A DNA stretch of 64,000 nt from Haplodiscus bocki. Taxonomy: Eukaryota. The notes under the pieces were generated by a model. That model made no database searches. It saw nothing but the letters and a program-made list of their open reading frames with translations, and was not told the DNA's origin. Shown one piece after another: positions 51,788-61,300 of the stretch; positions within the stretch are counted from its first letter, which is position 1; each line of letters opens with the position of its first letter. Location: the NCBI GenBank assembly GCA_965655095.1, contig OZ296655.1:25606001-25670000 (forward strand), written 5' to 3'. The translations under genes and the position numbers were made by a program.

Positions 51788-53370
51788 TTCGTCCTACCAG
51801 CACCACTTCCACAATCCACGACGACCCACGTTAGATAACATTACGGTTCCTAGCACTGGCTACGTCCTGCTAGAAGTTGATTTAGGATTAGCCGCCCGGT
51901 TGCGAGTGCAGTCACCGTTACCGAGGACCATTTTTGTGACATTTTGATTTTTCTGAAATTCCCCTTTTCCGATTTTCCCTTTTTTTTCCTAAGACGTAGT
52001 ACTAACTATTAACCGGTAAAAGTAAAACTTTATTATTCACGACCTATTGGCAGTCCCTATGACGTATGCCTTGGTCGCAGATAAAAGAGACTAAATTCAT
52101 TGCTGGTTTCCCGTGGGTCCGGACTTTATCGGCAGGGACTAAAACACCAGTTTAAGATTAAGACCCTATTTGGGAGTCATTTTTTATACTAAGAGTAGTG
52201 TAAAATGCATGTAATGTAAAATGCATGTAAATTGAACCCCCTTTCCCTACAGTCTGGCCTATCCAGCTTGGGACTAAAACAGGGGCTAGTCTTTTTTTAC
52301 CCGTAAATCCTAGTTCATCTAGAGAGACGGGTATAGCTAAACGTAAAACAAACTGTAAAATGGCGGGCTAAAGAAAGCCGACCAGAGATAAGACGGGATT
52401 TGTTCGCCACCCGCACTGGTCAGAAAAGTAAAATGATGTATGTGAAACGTTTTGACTATTATCAGGCAGTGGATGTGGATGTGGATGTGGAATAAATTAT
52501 AATTTCGATGTTTAAAAGTTTTAATTTATAATTCTAAATTTGTTGGGACTAAATTTGAATAGTCCAAGAGTGTATTTGCGATGATTCATTTATAATTCAA
52601 CTGGACTAAATTCAACGAGTCCAATTTTTATTCATGAGGTTTCAAATCCTAAATTAAATTTAATTCAATAAATTTGACTTTTATACCTAACTCCAAAATT
52701 TCAATTCAGACTAAATTAAAGTAGTCTAAATTGGTGAATATTGGTTGCATTTATAAGTTTAATTCAGGTTAAATTAAAGTGGCCTGGATTATTTTATAGT
52801 AATTATATTTCCACTCCTAAATTAACTTGACGTTAATTAATCGTTAATAATTGTGGCTCCCCCATATACTCTTTGAATGATCCTCTGACTTCTTGTTTAA
52901 TAATTTTCTGGTCGTTATTAATTGGAATTGAAATGATGAATTAAAAGTTTAAAGTCTGATACAAAATTACAAATGTTGCTAGAGATAATGTTGAATTCGT
53001 AGTAAAGTAAGAAGAGAGTTTGCTGTAGTTTAGAAATTATAAGACCGTATGGTGGATTTCCCTGTGCTGTTCCACGCTTACAATTTGGTAACTTCCCCCC
53101 GCGAATGTGCAGCCATTCAAATTCAGAAATTTGGTAAGCCGGAATATATTCGCTGACAACCTAACAGTCTTCCTTACCATTTCCCACTATAGCTCAAAGT
53201 CCTTGCTTGAATTCACGCAATTCCTTTGTTCGCACGGTTAAGCAAGGCACACCGTTGAGACTTGTAAATAATAGCCATCGCTATAACGCTGTAGTGCTGG
53301 CCTAGTTAGCCACCGGCACAGCTAAGTAAATATTAGGTTTGTAATACCAATACCCCTACCACGTGCGACA

Positions 53371-53862
53371 CAGAACTCATTGATTCTTGTCTTTCCCGAT
53401 TACTTGCAGCAGTATTGAGTTCCGGATTCGTGAAAAAGTTGCTTAAAATTCCATTAAAAGAAGAGTTTGAATTGGAAAAATTCTCAGAGAAACATTGCCA
53501 GTATCTAAGAAATCACTCAGCCAACTAAAGTCCATTGCATAACCGAACGTTGCCAAAATAAAGACTGTTTTGTGGAAATCGCAATGATGCAACCGCGAAG
53601 TTAAATTCGGGATTTCTGATTGACTTTAATGAAACTTCAATGTTCAAAGAGTTTGACCTAGGAAATCTTTTAGGAAAAGACCTAGCTTGTATGTGTAAAA
53701 AACTATTGGGATCATTGATGTAGACATAATCTAACAGATAACATTTTTATATTGACCCAGTGAAAGAACGACAACAGCTAGACGTTATGAGATTTTAAAT
53801 TTAACTACAATGCTACACAACAGTAATCAGGAGGAACTGATCAAATGTCGATTGAAAACAAG
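53371..53862 (+). repeat. ~505-bp repeat family, one unit (continuation of the unit split by the LTR-like insertion)
   Basis: It is colinear with 57100-57595, from CAGAACTCATTGAT to TGTCGATTGAAAAC. Confidence 0.92.
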
Positions 53863-53899
53863 ACCTGCAATTAATATGTAGTTTTCATCCGCTAATGAC

Positions 53900-55800
53900 C
53901 AGGGACTGAATTTAATGCCAAAGTTAAGTTCTTCAACATGAAAGCTGCATTCAGCCGTTGCAATAATTTATGTTGAACATTTGTTCAAATTGTTACACAG
54001 AAGCAAATTAGGAAAACTTTAAACTGAAATGTAAATCATGCTGGTTTTAGGCAATTTCTCAAAAACTTTCGCAGTCAAAACTGCAGCCTAATTGATATAT
54101 GCACAGGGAAAATCTTTTTTCTAATGGTATGTAAAAAACTTCAATAGTTGTTCGCGTCTTGTGAAAGTTTCATCAGATAAATTGATTCTCAGAACTCAAT
54201 GTTTATCTTGAGTTTCTTTCCAGAAGCTGTTATCAGATATTGAAATTAATTGAAGTTTTCTGAGCAAATCAAAAGCATACATCAATCAGTTACACTTTGG
54301 CGGTCTTATCCACAAAAGCAACGAAAGTTTAGATTTCAATGATTTGATGTAAGCAAGCAGTGTTAAGTTCGATTCTTTTGCTGCAATATCTCAGCACTTT
54401 AGCATCATAGAGGAGGTGTTCATCCAAAATAAGAATCCAGGAACCGAGTCAAATCCTTGGTTGGAGAATATTTCACGTCTATTGATTGTAAAGAGTACAG
54501 AGCAATCAATATCTTGCTGTGTTAGGCGGAACAAAACAGGTACCAATATCTGAGTCTTCTGGCCGTGGCTTTTCACGAAGAGGTCATGAATTCCCCCCAA
54601 CTCAACTCCAATGACTCAAAATCTTCATTGGTTTGGGCTTTCAGAACGCTAAGTTTTCCTGAAGAAAAAAAAGCATACAAAAGCTTTTGAAAACACACGA
54701 CTGAAGATTCAAAATCATGCCAAATAAACATATTTTTGTCGGTGGGTTGAAGGGTTCCTTCCCAATTCATAACCGATAACCTTTTTTTCTTTTAAAATGT
54801 TACAAATTTCAAAAGACTGTATTCCTGACCGTTTCCGCTGCATTACGTCAAAAATTAAATGAGTTTATCTTTTCTTTTGTATATCTTTCCGTTAAAAAAA
54901 GCAAAACTTACCATGATGATTGCAAAAATGACAATTCTATGGCAATGTCTGAAACTTTTTGACGTAATTTGGGCCACCAAAAGTTTTTCATTGCCTCCAG
55001 CATTTGATCTCTGCTTATATGCCAAAAATGTAGGGATCGGAGCAAAAAAGGCTTCAGCAATTTAAGAATTACGAGTCTCCCATCGCAAAAAATGAAATTA
55101 TTTCGATCAAGGGACAATGCAGTAATTTTTTTCTCCATGCTGACGGAAGTTTGTTAACTTCAGCTTTATCTGGTTTTCTCAGGAGTTCAATGATTTTTTG
55201 AAGTTTTGAAGCTTCTCCATAACTAGACGCAACAATATGTTCAAACTAACGTTTGGAAAAGAGATTACAATTATCCAATTTCTCCACAGGTTTGAGCACA
55301 GATGAATCTCGAAATACCACTCTTCTCCATTTCTTCTTTTTTTATTTTTGATTTTTGGTGGAGTTTTTGTCAAGTTCCTTTTCTGTCCACCCAATGACTC
55401 CATCATTTACTCGAGTAAGTTTTGCCACATTTCTCTAAGAGACTCACGCAAAAGCGGAAAAAATCAGTCAAGGAAATCTCCTAAACAATAGTTTGGTTGG
55501 TCTTTTCTTTCTTGATTGAATACAAAACTGTGAACACAAAATTCTATATATTGCAATATGTCCTTTTTTCCAGTGGTACCGGTTCGATTGCAGAACAAAG
55601 CGGCTCATGAACTTATGAGAAAGCACCGCACGTTTATTTGTCACAGGGAGCTACTGGAGAAAGTATTCTTACATACTCCCTTCAATTGGCGGTGACTAAT
55701 TCGTTGCTTTGTTCTCTACAGGACGAAGAGCAATAGAGACATTCAACGAATAAATCTTGTCTGCAAGTACTTGCAGCGTACACTGCTTTACTTCCCAAAA
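53900..55800 (-). pseudogene. Second, heavily decayed tyrosine-recombinase-like reading frame
   Basis: A hand translation of the minus strand gives FQKLLYAFFSSGKLSVLKAQTNEDFES (first-Arg box region, Arg missing), then a frameshift. One frame read through stops then gives LFVKSHGQKTQILVPVLFRL...NRREIF...FLFW...YAFDLLRK (Arg at ~54260)...REQLLKFFTYH*KKDFPCAY (H-x8-Y; His at ~54125, Tyr at ~54098). An upstream FVECLYCS (CxxC) lies at ~55735. Boundaries are uncertain. Confidence 0.45.
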
Positions 55801-56680
55801 TTTGTCAAATGCTTTTCATAAATTCTCAGGTAGAATAAAACGCTCAATATTTCGGGCGTGTTGTCTATACCTACTACAAGTCGGAAGTTTCATGTTCAAT
55901 TGAGATTTTACTTGGAGATGTATGGTGATTTGCGTTCTGTTTCTATTTTAAAACTCTGTTGAAATGAGAAACTTAAAACATAAGGTTGACATGAAAATAA
56001 CCGAAAGTGAATGTTCAGGTCGAGATACTCTTTGAGACTATATAGTATTTGTAGAACAAAAAAACACAGACAGATAAAAGAGCTGGACTTTCAAAACAAT
56101 GAAGCGTATTGTTTGCCGAAAACCAGGAGCCAGAGAAAGAATTTCAGTTAAAAAGGGCAACTTATGCTGTAAAAAAAACGTTGTTTCAGGCCATTCCCAA
56201 TGTTTTTCATCGTTATCATTTTCCGGAATTTCCACTCCACGTGTTGAAAACTTGGTATCCGAAGAGTTTTTCACAGAAAAACCTTCGGTCCTAAACTTTG
56301 TCAGCTTCCTGCAGCTACACGTGGAATTCCGGACCGAATGAGACCATTCATGTTGAGCTAATCTGATATGGTTTGTATTTAGAAGGAAAACTACCTAAAA
56401 AGTTGCATTAACACTTTAGAGCCAATGAGACAAATGGATCGCTAACAATTTGGCGACAGCAGAAAAACGTTCACTCAAAACGAGACCGATCAGGTAAAAA
56501 CTTTGATAAAGGGAATTCCCTACGAGCTCCAGTCTTAGTCGTTTCGGGATTTTTGGCTGAGAGTCTTAAAATTTCAATGTCAAAAAGTTTTACTAGAGAA
56601 AAACTCAATGATCCCTGTCTTTCGCGATGATCTATCGCAATACTGATATCCTGATCAGTGAAGAAGGGTGTATGAAGTTA

Positions 56681-58349
56681 CATTAACCGGAGAGTTTGAC
56701 CTAGGAAAAATTTCCCAAAGAAACATTGCCAGTGTCTAATCACTCAGCCAACTAATGTCGGTTGAAAAATCGAACGTTGCCAAAATAAAGACTGTTTTGT
56801 GGAAATCACAATGATACAATTGCGAAGTTAAGCTCGGGATTTCTGACTGAGTTTAATCAAACTGCATTGTTCAGAGAGTTTGAGCTAGGAAGTTTTTTGG
56901 AAGAGACCTAGCTTGTATGTATAAAAAACTATTGGGATCATTGATGTAGACATAATCTAACAGATAACATGTTTATACTGCCCGAGTGCAAAAATGACCA
57001 CAACCGAACGTCATGACTTGTCAAACTGAACTGCAATGCTACACAACAGTATTCAGGAAGAACTGATCTAATATGGATTGAAAAAGAAAACGAGTATCAA
57101 ACAGAACTCATTGATACTTGTACTTCCCGATGACCTCTAGCAGTTGTAAATTCCGGACTTGTTAACAATGGTACCAAAAGTTTCATTAACCGAAGAGTTT
57201 GACCTAGAAAATTCTTCTCAGTGAATCATTGCCAGTTTCTAAGAGATCACTCAGCCAACAAATGTTGGTTCGAAAATCGACCATTGCAAAAATAAACACT
57301 GTTTTGTCGAAATAACAATGATACAATTGCGAAGTTAATTTTGGGTTATCTGACTGAGTTTAATGAACTCTCAATGTTCAAAGAGTTTGACCTAGGAAAT
57401 CTTCTTGGAAGAGAACTTGCCTGTATGCGTAAAAAAGTTATTGGGATCATTGATTACGAGATAATCTAACAGATAACATGTTTATAGTGCCCGAGTGAAA
57501 AAATGACAACAACTAGACGTTATGACTTTTAAAATTGAACCGCAATGCCACACAACAGTATTCAGGAAGAACTGATCTAATGTCGATTGAAAACGAGAGA
57601 GTATCGAACAGAACTCTTTGATAATTGTACTTCCCGATGACCTGCAGCAGTTGTAAATTCCGGAATTGTTAATAAAGGTACCTAAGGTTTCATTAACCGA
57701 CGAGTTTGACCTTGGAAATTCTTCTCAAAGGATTATTGTCAGTTTCTAAGAGATCACTCAGCCAACAAATGTTGATTGAAAACGCGACCGTTGCCAAAAA
57801 TTAACACTGTTTCGTGGAAATCACAATGATGCAACCGCGAAGTTACGATCGGGATATCTGACTGAGTTTAATAAAACTTCAATGTTCAAAGACGTTGACC
57901 TAGGAAATCTTTTTGAAAAAGACAGAGCCTGTTTGTGTAGAAAATTTATTGGGATCATTGATGTAGAGATATTCTCACAGACAACATGTTTATTATGACC
58001 GAGTTAAAAAGCGACAACAACTAGACGTTATGACTTTTCAAATTGAACTGCAATTGTACACACAGTAGTCAGGATGATCTGATCTAATGTCGATTGAAAA
58101 AGAGAACGGGTATCAAACAGAACTCATTGATTCTTGCACTTTCCGATGATGAGCTGCAGTTGTTATTTGGGGATTTGTTGATAAGGGTGTCTAAACTTTA
58201 ATTGTATGTTGTGACCCACCATAGAGTCTGACCCACGAAGTTTTTTCTCAGAGAAACATTGCCAGTATCTAAGAAATGACTCAGCCCTAGAAATGGTTGA
58301 TGAAAACGACCGTTGCCAAAATGAACACTGTTTCGTGGAAATCACAATG
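56681..58349 (+). repeat. ~505-bp tandem repeat, ~3.3 copies
   Basis: A GAGTTTGACCT-like unit start occurs at ~56693, 57195, 57703 and 58224. A second, internal GAGTTTGACCTAGGAA lies ~185 bp into each unit. Confidence 0.95.
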
Positions 58350-61300
58350 TCTATCTTGGAAAAACAAAAAGTTATGGAGCTAGTATTAAGATTTTTGACA
58401 AACTTTCAAGCAAAAATTCAGTAAAAAATTCCATTTAACTCTGAAAATCTTTTTGTCTAACAAAGATAGAAGGTTGGTTTGCCAAAGTTTTTTTGTCTCA
58501 TCAAGTTGTACTTTGTGTCGTTTTTTGATCAAGGTGGTATAAAAAAAAGGCGCAGCGAAAAACTTAGGTACCCCAAACATAGGTACCAATTTTTTTTGCT
58601 CCTTAACTTTTTGTAATGTGATATTTGACAAATTTGAAGCTGAAAATCAGTCAAAACTCACATTTCAAGCTCAAAAACTTTTTGTCTAGTTGAGATAGAA
58701 GGTTCCGTGACCCCTGTTTATTTCGTCATCTCAATTTCAGCTTTTCGTCAAAATGTGGCGGAGATTGCAGATGTAGAAAAAAACGGAAAGCAGAAAAACT
58801 ATAGGCACTTCTAAGGACTGTACCGAAAGTTTTTTCCTTCGCGTTTTCTCCTATTTATACCAATTTCACCAAAATAGACACAAAATACAACATGAGGAGA
58901 CAAAAAAACGTGTGGTCAAAAAACCTTCTGTCTTTGTTTCACAGAAAGGTATTCTGCTCTAATTGTGACTTTGTACTGAATTTTTCTTGAAAGTTTCAAA
59001 ATTCATATTACCAGCTCCATAACTTTTTTTCTAAACAAGATGAAAGGTTGATTGACACCGTAATACTTCAGTAATTTCATGTTAAATTTTGTGTCAAATT
59101 TTGCTGAGGATCGGGGGAGCAGAAAAAGTTCGAAGCAGAAGACTTTTTGAATTTGTAAGTTGTGGAAAATTGTGCTTTCTGGAAAATTCTGCAAAGTCCT
59201 GTGTTTTGTTCGTGAAATGACACCTGTTTGACATCTAGTCATTGCAAATGCCAAGAAATCATTTTTTCCATCTAATTCCACCATCCATAGCAATAACAGT
59301 TGAGTTAAAGTCACTATAAAATCTCGAACTCAAAAAAGCCTAAGTTCGGTTTCCGTTTCGGTTCAACCAATTTCTCGCAATATGATTGGCTGCCGGCAGG
59401 AAGTAGCTGGTTTATCTGAAATTTGATTGGACAAGACGTTTTCCAGGCAAGATCAACTCACCTCACCGTTACCAATTTCCAGGCTCAGTGAACAGTTTTC
59501 CGGGCAAGATAGTAAACATTTTTCAAAAAGCTTTTGCACTCACAGAACCCGAAACGTGTTGTCCAATCAAACATTAGATAAACAAGCCATTTCCAGTTGA
59601 CTGACAATCATAATGAGAGAAATTGTTTGAACCGAAACGAAAATCCAACTGAGGCTGTCTTTTTGAATTCGGGTATCTTTAATGAGTTTAAGTCAACTGT
59701 TACTGCTATGCATGGTAGAGAAAAGTGAACGAAAAAGTTTTGCTGATCACAATGAAAAAATGATAAGTAGGTGTGTTTTCACGAAAAAACAGAGGGCTTA
59801 GCAAAATTTTCCTAAATTCGCAACTTTCCACAACTTATAAGAAAATGAAGTCTTTTGCTGGGAATTTTTTTCTACTCCTCCGACCTTTACCAAAATTTGA
59901 CACAAAATTCAACTTGAATTTACAAGAAATTGCGGTGTCAAGGAACCTAATACGTTGAACAGACAAAAAGTTACGGATAAGGAATTACGAATTTTGTCAG
60001 ACTTTCAAACAAAACTTCAGTAATAAAAATCAAAAGTAGAGCTAAATAACTTTTTGTCTAACAAAGATAGAAGGTTCGCTTACCAAAAATTTTTTTGTCG
60101 TGTCAAGTTGTACTTCCGCGTCAATTTTTGGTTAAAGATGGAATAAAAATGAAAAAAAACGCAAAGCAAGAAACTTTAGGTAACCCAATCATAAGCAACG
60201 AAGTTTGAAGCTGCTCAGTTTTTTGCACTGATTGGATCTCTACCATTTTTTGACTTAAAAAAAGTTGACAAGGTAAAAAAAACGCTGGGTCAAAAAACCT
60301 TCCATTTTGAAAAGACAAAGAGTTTTCAAGCTAGAGAGGCCTGTTTTGACACACTTTGAAGCTAAAAATACTCAAATCTCAAATTTCAAGCTCAAGAACC
60401 TGTTGTCCAGTTGAGATAGAATGTTCGCTGAACCCTTGTTTTTTTGTCATCTCAGTTTAAACTTTTGGTCAAAATGTGGTGAGATTGCAGATGTGGAAAA
60501 AATTCCAAGCAAAAAAGCTATTGGTACTTTGAAAAGCTGTACCGAAAGTTTTTTGCTTTGCGTTTTTTTTACTTTTTATACCAGTTTTACTAAAAAAAGG
60601 CATGAAATAAAACATGAGGAAACAAAAAAACGTGTGGTCAACAAACATTCTGTCTTTGTTAGAAAAAAAGGTTTTCTACCCTAATTGTGATTTTTTTCTG
60701 AACTTTTGCTTGAAAGTGTGTCAAAATTCATATTACCAGCTCCATAACTTTCTGTCTATACAAGATAAAAGGTTGGTTGTCCCCGCGTTTTTTCAGTAAT
60801 TTCATGCTGAAATATGTGCAAAAATTGGAGGAGCAGAAAAAAGTTCGAAGCAACAGATATCTTGAGCTTGTAAGTGGTGGAAAGTTGTGTTTTTTAGGAA
60901 GTTTTGCAAAGTCCTGTGTTTTGTTCGTGAAATGACACCTGTTTGACATCTAGTCATTGCAAATGCCAAGAAATCATTTTTTCCATCTAATTCCACCATC
61001 CATAGCAATAACAGTTGAGTTAAAGTCACTATAAAATCTCGAACTCAAAAAAGCCTCAGTTCGGTTTTCGCTTCGGTTCAACCAATTTCTCGCAATATGA
61101 TTGGCTGCCGGCAGGAAGTAGCTGGTTTATCTGAAACTTGATTGGACAAGACGTTTTCCAGGCAAGATCAACTCACCTCACCGTTACCAATTTCCAGGCT
61201 CAGTGAACAGTTTTCCGGGCAAGATAGTAAACATTTTTCAAAAAGCTTTTGCACTCACAGAACCCGAAACGTGTTGTCCAATCAAACATTAGATAAACAA

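Larger units (their letters stand above)
50036..53370 (+). mobile_element. 3335-bp solo-LTR-like insertion (Ty3/Gypsy-type ends) with a 4-bp target-site duplication
   Basis: It begins TGTCGC (50036) and ends GCGACA (53370), giving a 6-bp inverted TG...CA terminus. CAGA is duplicated at 50032-50035 and 53371-53374. Removing the insert and one CAGA restores GAGTATCAAACAGAACTCATTGAT, the uninterrupted repeat sequence seen at ~57092 (and, with one mismatch, ~58108). There is no gag/pol and no terminal direct repeat. Strand is inferred from the promoter motifs. Confidence 0.85.

Noticed and set aside
51562-51834. Gln/Ser/Ala-rich 90-aa ORF
   Set aside because: It derives from a 26-bp minisatellite, so poly-Q, poly-A and poly-S alternate as the frame rotates. 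It has no ATG start and lies inside the LTR-like element.
50036-53370. Full-length LTR retrotransposon
   Set aside because: There are no paired LTRs, no gag/pol ORF, and no PBS or PPT adjoining the ends. The TSD directly flanks the single unit.
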